Below are positions 50,133 through 57,815 of a DNA stretch of 58,428 bases, piece by piece. The DNA lies in NCBI GenBank assembly GCA_964520895.1, contig CAZFOR010000004.1, positions 1-58,428 on the forward strand. The letters are read 5' to 3'. The stretch is from an uncultured Eubacteriales bacterium (lineage in GTDB: Bacteria > Bacillota > Clostridia > TANB77 > SIG350). The translations under genes were made by a program, and so were the position numbers. The notes below the pieces were generated by a model, which ran no database searches, had not been told where the DNA came from, and was given only the letters and a program-made list of their open reading frames with translations. How positions within the stretch are numbered: the stretch's first letter is position 1; the number at the start of each line of letters is the position of its first letter.

Positions 50133-51086
50133 ATGAATATACAAATGAAATATTTATTATTATCATTTGCAATAACAGTAGTATTAGGGTTAATAGTAAT
50201 ACCTGTACTTAAAAAATTAAAAATAGGTCAAGTAGTAAGAGATGATGGACCTAATTCACATTTATCAAAAGCAGGAACACCTACTATGGGTGGAATTATA
50301 ATATTAATAGCAATAATTTTATTATCAATAGTTCTTTATATAAAATATCCACATATTTTACCTATTGCAATTATTACATTAGGATATGGTATTATTGGAT
50401 TTATTGATGATTTTATAAAACTTATATTAAAAAATCCAAAAGGATTGGCACCAAGGTATAAGATGCTTGGACTATTAATAGTTGCAGTAATATTTGTAAT
50501 ATATTTACAATACATATTAAATATAGGAACAGATATCCAAATACCATTTTTGAAAATATTTATTAATCTACCGATGTGGATATATATACCATTTGCAGTT
50601 TTTGTAATATTAGCTTGTACAAATGCATTAAATTTAACAGATGGATTAGATGGTTTAGCTAGTGGAGTAGTAGCTATAATAATGACATTTTTTACAATAG
50701 TTAGTGTTATGTATAATAATATTGAGATGTCACTTTTTAGCAGTATTGTAACAGGAAGTGTAGTAGGATTTTTGTTGTTTAATTTAAAACCTGCTAAAGT
50801 ATTTATGGGAGATACTGGTTCACTTGCATTAGGTGGAGCTTTTTGCGCAGTGGCACTTTATTTGAAATTACCATTAGTATTAATTATAGTAGCTGCAATT
50901 TGTGTTGCAGAAGCAGTTTCAGTTATAATTCAAGTACTATATTTTAAGAAAACAGGGAAGAGATTTTTTAAGATGGCACCATTACATCATCATTTTGAGT
51001 TATCAGGTTATAGTGAGTGGAAAATTGTATGGATATTTTGGATAATTACAATAATTTTATGTGTTATTGGAATTTTTGCAATATAA
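50133..51086 (+). CDS. mraY: Phospho-N-acetylmuramoyl-pentapeptide transferase
   Basis: GTPTMGG…DDFIK…NLTDGLDGLA…MGDTGSLALGG. Confidence 0.95.
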   Translation: MNIQMKYLLLSFAITVVLGLIVIPVLKKLKIGQVVRDDGPNSHLSKAGTPTMGGIIILIAIILLSIVLYIKYPHILPIAIITLGYGIIGFIDDFIKLILKNPKGLAPRYKMLGLLIVAVIFVIYLQYILNIGTDIQIPFLKIFINLPMWIYIPFAVFVILACTNALNLTDGLDGLASGVVAIIMTFFTIVSVMYNNIEMSLFSSIVTGSVVGFLLFNLKPAKVFMGDTGSLALGGAFCAVALYLKLPLVLIIVAAICVAEAVSVIIQVLYFKKTGKRFFKMAPLHHHFELSGYSEWKIVWIFWIITIILCVIGIFAI

Positions 51087-51099
51087 ATTGGAGGTAATA

Positions 51100-52200
51100 A
51101 TGAAAGATAAACAAATGGATTTTATTTTACTTGTAACAACACTAATACTGTTATCATTAGGTGTAATAATGGTACTTAGTGCAAGTGCACCATATGCCTT
51201 AAATAGATATAATGATAGCTATTTTTTTGCAAAAGATCAATTAATATATGCTATAGTAGGTGTTGTAGCCATGCTTATAATTTCAAATATAGATTATAGG
51301 ATATATAAAAGGTTTGCGAAAATTGGTTTAGTCATTGGTATAGGACTAATACTAGCTGTTTTTATACCAGGACTTGGTGTTACTAGATCAGAGGCAACTA
51401 GGTGGTTAAATATAGGTTTTACAACATTTCAACCATCAGAGCTTACTAAACTTTCAGTTATATTGTTTTTTTCAGCTATATTATCAGAAAAAAAATATCA
51501 AGAAAAAATGCAAAAATCATTTTGGGGATTTTGTATGTTTCTATTAGTACCAGGTGCTATAACTTTAATATTATTAAAACAACCACATATGAGTGCTGCA
51601 ATTGTAATATTAGTTATATCTTTTGCAATTATGTTTGTTGCAGGATGTAAGCTTAAACATTTATTTACATTATTACCATTTGGTATAGCAGGTGTTGTTG
51701 GTATGATAGCAATGGCACCATATAGATTAGATAGATTAAAATACTGGTTAAATCCATGGTCAGATATAAAAGGAGATGGATGGCAGCTGGTGCAATCATT
51801 AATGGCAATTGGGTCTGGTGGTATATTTGGATTAGGACTTGGACAGAGTAGACAAAAATATATGTATCTACCAGAACAACAAAATGACTTTATATTTGCA
51901 GTTATATGTGAAGAGCTAGGATTAATAGGTGCTTTGTTTATAATACTTATTTTTGCGGTATTTATTTGGAGAGGAATATTGATAGCAACTAAATGCAAAG
52001 ATAAATTTGGTTCATATATGGCAACAGGAATAACTACAATGATAGGATTACAAGCAATATTTAATATTGCGGTTGTAACAGGAACTATACCAGTAACAGG
52101 AATGTCACTACCATTTTTTAGTTATGGTGGAACAGCATTATCAATTTTACTTGCATCAACAGGGATATTACTAAATATTTCTAAAAATTGTACGAAATAA
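51100..52200 (+). CDS. SEDS-family peptidoglycan polymerase FtsW/SpoVE
   Basis: FQPSELTKL…MPEQQNDFIFA-like (LPEQQNDFIFAVICEELG)…PFFSYGGT. ATG at 51100 follows GGAGGT. Confidence 0.9.
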   Translation: MKDKQMDFILLVTTLILLSLGVIMVLSASAPYALNRYNDSYFFAKDQLIYAIVGVVAMLIISNIDYRIYKRFAKIGLVIGIGLILAVFIPGLGVTRSEATRWLNIGFTTFQPSELTKLSVILFFSAILSEKKYQEKMQKSFWGFCMFLLVPGAITLILLKQPHMSAAIVILVISFAIMFVAGCKLKHLFTLLPFGIAGVVGMIAMAPYRLDRLKYWLNPWSDIKGDGWQLVQSLMAIGSGGIFGLGLGQSRQKYMYLPEQQNDFIFAVICEELGLIGALFIILIFAVFIWRGILIATKCKDKFGSYMATGITTMIGLQAIFNIAVVTGTIPVTGMSLPFFSYGGTALSILLASTGILLNISKNCTK

Positions 52201-52229
52201 TGTAATGCTAATATAAAGGGGAGGAAATT

Positions 52230-53342
52230 ATGAGAGCTTTAATTGTAGCTGCTGGAACAGGTGGACATATAACTCCAGGTATAAGTATAGCAAATAAAAT
52301 ATTGCAAGAAGATAAAAATAGTAAAGTACTATTTGTTGGAACAAAAAAAGGTATGGAAAATGACCTTATTAAAAAAGAAGGATATAATATTGCACACATA
52401 CGTGCAGAAGGAATTAGAAGAGAAATAACAATAGAAAATATTAAAAGTATAATTACACTTCTTTTAGGAATAAGAGATGCGAAAAAAATAATAAAGAATT
52501 TTAAGCCAGATATTGTAATAGGAACTGGTGGTTATGTCTGTTACCCTATATTTAAAATAGCAACAAGATTAAAGATACCAACAATATTACATGAAAGTAA
52601 TTCTATACCAGGAAAAGTCGTAACTACAATGGCTAAAAAGGTTGATACAATTTTAGTTGGATTTGAAGATACTAAAGATAAAATTAAAAATTGTAATAAT
52701 GTAATATATACAGGAACTCCTACTAAAATGAGTAAATATATACCAGAAGAGAATTTAAGAAGAAAGTTAGAACTTGCAGAAGATTTACCAGTTCTTTTAA
52801 TAACTGGTGGCAGTCAAGGTGCAAGAAAACTTAATGAATATTTAGTAGATATTATTTGTAATGAACAAAAAAAGAATTATCAAATTGTTTTTGTTACAGG
52901 ACCTAAACAATATGAAGATGTAATTACAAATATTCAAAAAAAGAATGTGAATATAGAAACCTTAGAAAATGTAAAAATACTACCATATGTATATAATATG
53001 AATGAATATATGGCAGTTTCTGATTTAATAATATCAAGAGCTGGTGCTTTAAGTATTACTGAGATATGTATTATGGGGAAACCTAGTATATTAGTACCAT
53101 ATCCATTTGCTGCTGAAAATCATCAAGAATATAACGCGAAAATAGTAGAAAATGCAGGTGGTGCAAAGGTGTTATTTGAAAGAGAATTAACAAGTGCTAA
53201 ACTAAATAATGCAATTGAAGATATTATTAATGATAAATCAAAGATGTATGAAATGGGAAATAGTGCAAGGAAAGTAGCTGTACTTAATGTAGAAGATAGG
53301 ATATATGTAGAAATAAAGAAATTACTTATAGGTAAGATGTAA
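52230..53342 (+). CDS. murG: UDP-N-acetylglucosamine--N-acetylmuramyl-(pentapeptide) pyrophosphoryl-undecaprenol GlcNAc transferase
   Basis: AAGTGGHITP…GTGGYV…TGGSQGA…RAGALSITE. Confidence 0.95.
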   Translation: MRALIVAAGTGGHITPGISIANKILQEDKNSKVLFVGTKKGMENDLIKKEGYNIAHIRAEGIRREITIENIKSIITLLLGIRDAKKIIKNFKPDIVIGTGGYVCYPIFKIATRLKIPTILHESNSIPGKVVTTMAKKVDTILVGFEDTKDKIKNCNNVIYTGTPTKMSKYIPEENLRRKLELAEDLPVLLITGGSQGARKLNEYLVDIICNEQKKNYQIVFVTGPKQYEDVITNIQKKNVNIETLENVKILPYVYNMNEYMAVSDLIISRAGALSITEICIMGKPSILVPYPFAAENHQEYNAKIVENAGGAKVLFERELTSAKLNNAIEDIINDKSKMYEMGNSARKVAVLNVEDRIYVEIKKLLIGKM

Positions 53343-53361
53343 GAAAAATAATAAAAAACTA

Positions 53362-53390
53362 TTGACATTAGTAAAAATTGGTAATATAAT
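53362..53390 (+). promoter_or_regulatory. Consensus sigma-A promoter of candidate antitoxin sRNA, module 1
   Basis: TTGACA (53362-53367), 17-nt spacer, TATAAT (53385-53390). Confidence 0.7.
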
Positions 53391-53396
53391 ATAAAC

Positions 53397-53461
53397 ATAA
53401 TAGAACCAATACAAATCCAATGGTTTTCACGAAAAAAAGAGCGATGTAACCGCTCTTTTTT
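53397..53461 (+). ncRNA. Candidate antisense/antitoxin small RNA, module 1 (about 65 nt)
   Basis: It runs from the consensus promoter to the intrinsic terminator and has no ORF. It contains a 15-nt motif complementary to the toxin RBS/start region. Confidence 0.55.
53432..53461. terminator. Bidirectional intrinsic terminator shared by the convergent transcripts, module 1
   Basis: A7 run, then AGAGCG-ATGTAAC-CGCTCT, then a T run. Confidence 0.7.
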
Positions 53462-53476
53462 CATTTTTTATGTATT

Positions 53477-53539
53477 CTATTTTTGAGTAACAATAATTAA
53501 AAGTAATAATAGAACTATAAAAGCAACCATTAGTTCCAA
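53477..53539 (-). CDS. Candidate type I toxin, 20-aa hydrophobic peptide, module 1
   Basis: GGGAGGTG SD, 7 nt, TTG start. Translation: (M)ELMVAFIVLLLLLIIVTQK, ending at a stop just before the shared terminator. Confidence 0.55.
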   Translation of the reverse strand: MELMVAFIVLLLLLIIVTQK

Positions 53540-53576
53540 TGGTCTTCACCTCCCATCTTTTTCGTGGGATGAGAAT

Positions 53577-53605
53577 ATTATACTACCATAAATTACCAAA
53601 AGCAA
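53577..53605 (-). promoter_or_regulatory. Promoter of the candidate toxin mRNA, module 1
   Basis: On the minus strand: TTGCTT, 17-nt spacer, TATAAT. It is followed by the 5' hairpin UCCCA-N9-UGGGA, which overlaps the SD. Confidence 0.6.
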
Positions 53606-53672
53606 GAGAAATCCATCGCAAGTTTCGACATAAAAAAAGGAAAACTAAATGTGTTATTTTTATAAAAAACTA

Positions 53673-53701
53673 TTGACATTAGTAAAAATTGGTAATATAA
53701 T
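53673..53701 (+). promoter_or_regulatory. Consensus sigma-A promoter of candidate antitoxin sRNA, module 2
   Basis: TTGACA (53673-53678), 17-nt spacer, TATAAT (53696-53701). Confidence 0.7.
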
Positions 53702-53707
53702 ATAAAC

Positions 53708-53770
53708 ATAAAGATTATTATAAAAATCCAAATGGAATCACGAAAAAAGAGCGTACTAGCGCTCTTTTTT
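53708..53770 (+). ncRNA. Candidate antisense/antitoxin small RNA, module 2
   Basis: Same layout as module 1. Its 15-nt motif is perfectly complementary to the RBS/start region of its own toxin. Confidence 0.55.
53743..53770. terminator. Bidirectional intrinsic terminator, module 2
   Basis: A6 run, then AGAGCG-TACTAG-CGCTCT, then a T run. Confidence 0.7.
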
Positions 53771-53785
53771 CATTTTTTATGTATT

Positions 53786-53848
53786 CTATTTTTGAGCAGT
53801 AATAATTAAAAGTAATAATAGAACCATAAAGAGAATTATTAATTCCAA
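53786..53848 (-). CDS. Candidate type I toxin, 20-aa hydrophobic peptide, module 2
   Basis: GGGAGGTG SD, 7 nt, TTG start. Translation: (M)ELIILFMVLLLLLIITAQK. Confidence 0.55.
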   Translation of the reverse strand: MELIILFMVLLLLLIITAQK

Positions 53849-53885
53849 ATGGAATCACCTCCCATCTTTTTCGTGGGATGAAAAT

Positions 53886-53914
53886 ATTATACTACCATAT
53901 ATTACCAAAAGCAA
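53886..53914 (-). promoter_or_regulatory. Promoter of the candidate toxin mRNA, module 2
   Basis: On the minus strand: TTGCTT, 17-nt spacer, TATAAT. Confidence 0.6.
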
Positions 53915-54043
53915 GAAAAATCAATCGCAAGTTTCGACATATAAGAAGTGTAATTTTTATATAAATATTTTAAATAAAATTGTATGCAAAAATATAATTA
54001 AATGATATAATCACTTTAATAAAAAAATTAAGGGGATGATAAA

Positions 54044-55189
54044 GTGAAAGTAAGTGTTATAGGTTCAACAAAACCAGGATTTGAATTAGATGTAAAAAGT
54101 GCATTAGATTTTGGAGGAAAATCAGCAGGTATTTGTTATTTATCAAATACATTTAATGATATATTAAAAGAAAGTGAAGAGAAAACTCAAAAAAGAATTA
54201 ATCAAACATTAAATAATAAGCATCATTCAGTATATGATCATGTATCATATAATCTATTGTTACAAGGTGTTCCTAAAATATTAGCAATGATAATAAATAA
54301 TGAAAAACAGTATACTACATCAGAAAAATCAGCAAGATATACACAAATGGAATTAGTTGGAGAAGAAAAACTGTTATATGATAAATGGTTAAATATATTT
54401 ATTGACAAAATATCAGAAAAATACCCAGAAATGGATGAAAAGAAGGTATTAAAACTTGCACAAGAAAATGCAAGAGGATTAACAAGTGTATTTACAATTA
54501 CTACAATGGAATATACTACAACATTAAGACAATTAAATAATATTATGCACATGTTTAATGAATATATTGAACAAGAAACAACAAATGAATTTGAAATTAA
54601 AATAAAGAAATATATGAAAGAATTTAATGATAATTTACAATATCTATATATTGAAGAGTTATATGATAAATCAAAGAGAAGAAGGTTATCATTGTTTGAT
54701 AATATGGAAAAACACAATGAAATATATGATGAAGTATATTGCAGTACATATAAAGCGAGTTTTGCGCAACTTGCACAAGCGCAAAGACATCGTACATTAA
54801 ATTATTCAATAAAAGTCTTAGAAAAACCAGAGTTCTTCACACCAATAATAATTAAAGATGATACAGAACTTTCAAATGATTGGATAAATGATATATCAAA
54901 ATTAAAAGACAATTATCCTCAATCAATGTATGTAGATGTTTGTGAAAGAGGAACATACGAGGATTTTGCATTAAAGTGTGTAGAAAGATTATGTTCATGC
55001 GCGCAACTAGAAATTTCACTTCAAACTCGTGATACATTAGATAAATATTTGGAAGGTGTTAAAAACACTAATAAAGAGGTATATGAATATTTAAAAGATT
55101 ACGATGTTGGTGGTAGATGTGGAATTAAAGGATATAGATGTTCTACTCCATGTAATTGGGGTGTTAAACAGTTGCAAAGATTAGTATAG
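54044..55189 (+). CDS. Divergent, elongated ThyX-family (flavin-dependent thymidylate synthase-like) protein
   Basis: GTG start after AAGGGGA. HHSVYDH, SEKSARY, ENARGL…T…LRQL and RLCSCAQLEISLQTR resemble ThyX motifs. RHRTLNYS occurs only at residues 248-255. Confidence 0.55.
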   Translation: MKVSVIGSTKPGFELDVKSALDFGGKSAGICYLSNTFNDILKESEEKTQKRINQTLNNKHHSVYDHVSYNLLLQGVPKILAMIINNEKQYTTSEKSARYTQMELVGEEKLLYDKWLNIFIDKISEKYPEMDEKKVLKLAQENARGLTSVFTITTMEYTTTLRQLNNIMHMFNEYIEQETTNEFEIKIKKYMKEFNDNLQYLYIEELYDKSKRRRLSLFDNMEKHNEIYDEVYCSTYKASFAQLAQAQRHRTLNYSIKVLEKPEFFTPIIIKDDTELSNDWINDISKLKDNYPQSMYVDVCERGTYEDFALKCVERLCSCAQLEISLQTRDTLDKYLEGVKNTNKEVYEYLKDYDVGGRCGIKGYRCSTPCNWGVKQLQRLV

Positions 55190-55200
55190 GAGAGATAATA

Positions 55201-56094
55201 ATGGACAAAATTGATTTACATATTCATACAAAGTATTCTGATGGAAGTCATACATTAATAGAAATATTACAAATGACGCAAATGAATGATTTGAAATATA
55301 TTTCAATAACAGATCATGATAATATAGATGTTTATGAGGAATTGAAAGATTTAGATGTATCAAAATATTATAGTGGAAAAATAATACCAGGTATTGAATT
55401 AAAAGCTATCTATAATAAAACACCAATTGAAGTATTAGGATATAACTATGATAGACAAAAACTAAAACAATCCAAATGGGTTAAAAATGAAACTAAGCAA
55501 AACATACAAAATATATATTTAGAGAAATTAAAGCAATCCGGGAAAAAATTAGGATTAATATTTGATGATGATTTATGTATTAAAGATGGTAATTTTGCTA
55601 ATAACACATTTTATAATGAAGTTATTAAATGTGAAAGAAATATGGAAATATTGAATAAAATGGGAATAACAAATATTAAAGTATTTTATAGAGATTTTGT
55701 TTGCAATCCTAATACACCTTTTTATATTGATGAATCAGAAGTTCAAATGTCTATTTTGGAGGCTGTAGAATTGATACATAGTTGTGGTGGTATTGCACTG
55801 CTTGCACATCCATTAGGAACATATTGTGTTGAAAATCCAGAAGAGTTTGTAAAGCAAATAGTTAATTTAGGAATATTAGATGGATTAGAATGTATGCACT
55901 CTTGTATAACGAAAGAGCAAAGCGAATTTTTAATGGATTTATGTAATAAGAATAATCTTGTGATGTCAGGTGGAAGTGATTTCCATAGGGAAGAGAGAAA
56001 TAAACTTACATTTGTTAATTTTGGAAAAGAGCAAATACCACTTAAATTAATAGACAAATTACTAGAAAAGATTGATATAAAAGAAATAAAATAG
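55201..56094 (+). CDS. PHP-domain metal-dependent phosphoesterase (TrpH/YciV-like)
   Basis: DLHIHTKYSDGS…ITDHD…LAHP…GGSDFH. Confidence 0.8.
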   Translation: MDKIDLHIHTKYSDGSHTLIEILQMTQMNDLKYISITDHDNIDVYEELKDLDVSKYYSGKIIPGIELKAIYNKTPIEVLGYNYDRQKLKQSKWVKNETKQNIQNIYLEKLKQSGKKLGLIFDDDLCIKDGNFANNTFYNEVIKCERNMEILNKMGITNIKVFYRDFVCNPNTPFYIDESEVQMSILEAVELIHSCGGIALLAHPLGTYCVENPEEFVKQIVNLGILDGLECMHSCITKEQSEFLMDLCNKNNLVMSGGSDFHREERNKLTFVNFGKEQIPLKLIDKLLEKIDIKEIK

Positions 56095-56097
56095 TTT

Positions 56098-56137
56098 ATA
56101 GAAGTATATAATAGTTAAATATATTATATACTTCTAT
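56098..56137 (+). terminator. Hairpin terminator after the PHP gene
   Basis: ATAGAAGTATATAAT-loop-ATTATATACTTCTAT, a 15-bp stem. Confidence 0.6.
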
Positions 56138-56256
56138 TAATATATTTAACAAATAATGAATATTGATATATTATAAAACATATGGTATAATGTGGATATC
56201 AAAAAAATAAATAGTTGGAAAATTTTGAGAAGCTACAAAATAGGAGGTAATTAGTA

Positions 56257-57730
56257 ATGAAAATTACAAATTCAATAAATCGGAAAAAAAGAGGAATTTA
56301 TTCCTTTAAATGATAATGAGGTAAGAATGTATGCATGTGGTATAACTGTATACGATTTGAGTCATATAGGTCATGCTAGGCAAGCAATAGTATATGCAAT
56401 GATTACAGATTACCTTAGGTATAGAGGATATAATGTAAAATATGTACGTAATTATACTGATGTTGATGATAAAATTATAAAAAAGGCTAATGAGCTTGGT
56501 AAAAATGCATTAGAGTTTTCAAAAGAGCAAATAGACGAAACTGAAAAAGATATGGCTAATTTACATGTTACAGATGCAGATGTAAAAACTAAGGCATCAG
56601 AATATATAGAAAGGATTATTAAATTTGTTGAAACACTTGTTGCAAATGGTCATGCATATGCAACAGATAAAGGTGATGTATATTTTTCAGTAAAGACTTT
56701 TCCTGAGTATGGGAAATTATCACATAGAAAAATTGATGAACTTTTAAATGGTGTTCGTATAGATTTAGAAGAAGGGAAAAAAGATCCAGTTGATTTTGCA
56801 TTATGGAAAAGCGCAAAACCTGGTGAGATATATTGGGAGTCTCCTTGGGGAAATGGAAGACCTGGATGGCATATTGAGTGTTCAGCAATGGCGCTAGATA
56901 CACTTGGAGAAACAATAGATATTCATGGTGGTGGAAGAGATTTGTTATTTCCACATCATGAGAATGAAATTGCACAAACTGAAGCATTAACAGGAAAACA
57001 ATTTGCTAAATATTGGTCACATTGTGGATTAATTAAAATTAACGGAGAAAAAATGAGTAAATCTCTTGGTAATTCATTAACAATAAGAGATGCACTAAAA
57101 ATGTATAATTATGAAGTAATTAAATATGTAATGTTCTCAAAACATTATGCATCAGATATGGATTTACTAGATAGTGATTTCCAACTTGCAGAAGGACAAT
57201 TATACTATTTTTATACAACAATTAAGGCAATGGAGGATTTTATACTTGAAAATAAAGAAAGTGATATATTTGAAATACTAGATGATGATATTGTAAGTTC
57301 AATTATACCAAATTTTATTGAAGTTATGGATGACGATTTTAATACATCAGCAGCTATTGCAAATTTATTTGCTATATTTAAATATGTTAATAATATAATA
57401 AAAAGTGCAAATAAAGGTAATAAACAAATAGTTGCAAATACTTTAGCTAAAATCTTAAAAGATTTAAAAGAAGTATATTCTATTTTAGGTTTTTTTGGTC
57501 AAAGACCAGAACAGTTTATTACAAAAATGAAAGAAAAATATATTGAAAAATTAAATATTGATACAAAATATATTGAGAGTCAAATATTTAGAAGAAGTGA
57601 AGCTAAAAAGATAAAAGATTTTGAAACAGCTGATTTGATAAGAAATGAATTAGATGAAAAAGGAATTATTTTAAATGATACAGTTAATGGTACAAAATGG
57701 GATGTAAAAGCATTATATAAAATGGATTAA
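56257..57730 (+). CDS. cysS: Cysteine--tRNA ligase; as sequenced, the N-terminal 11 codons are out of frame because of one extra A in the A7 run at 56284-56290
   Basis: HIGH (SHIGHARQ) and KMSKS motifs lie in ORF 56327..57730. Upstream, ATG at 56257 follows GGAGGT. Removing one A restores [33 protein letters not shown]. Confidence 0.85.
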
Positions 57731-57743
57731 TAATAAAAGAAGT

Positions 57744-57776
57744 TCAGACAAATGGGGACGGAGGCAAATTGTCCGA
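57744..57776 (+). repeat. 33-nt GC-rich palindromic unit, copy D
   Basis: TCAGACAAATGGGGACGGAGGCAAATTGTCCGA (one T>C change relative to copy A). Confidence 0.95.
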
Positions 57777-57782
57777 AATATT

Positions 57783-57815
57783 TCGGACAATTTGCCTCCG
57801 TCCCCATTTGTCTGA
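57783..57815 (-). repeat. 33-nt GC-rich palindromic unit, copy E, the exact inverted partner of D
   Basis: Its reverse complement is identical to copy D. The spacer is AATATT. Confidence 0.95.

Noticed and set aside
51498-51998. 166-aa minus-strand ORF inside ftsW/spoVE. Similar antisense ORFs occur at 34965-35435, 54238-54717, 55743-56057 and 56619-56987.
   Set aside because: All are antisense to genes with clear family motifs and have no start context. They are an expected by-product of biased composition.
53432-53461. The hairpins in the murG/thyX-like spacer as simply the murG terminator
   Set aside because: The hairpin is 90 nt beyond the murG stop and is preceded by a perfect promoter. 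It is duplicated together with a convergent promoter/SD/ORF unit, which a simple terminator does not explain.
56138-56256. T-box riboswitch upstream of cysS
   Set aside because: The promoter (TTGATA, 17-nt spacer, TATAAT at about 56163-56191) leaves only a ~60-nt leader. There is no specifier-loop or T-box sequence and no terminator/antiterminator pair.
8136-57815. The 33-nt repeats as a possible CRISPR array
   Set aside because: The copies are dispersed (three loci tens of kb apart), occur in both orientations, lack regularly sized spacers, and no cas genes are present.
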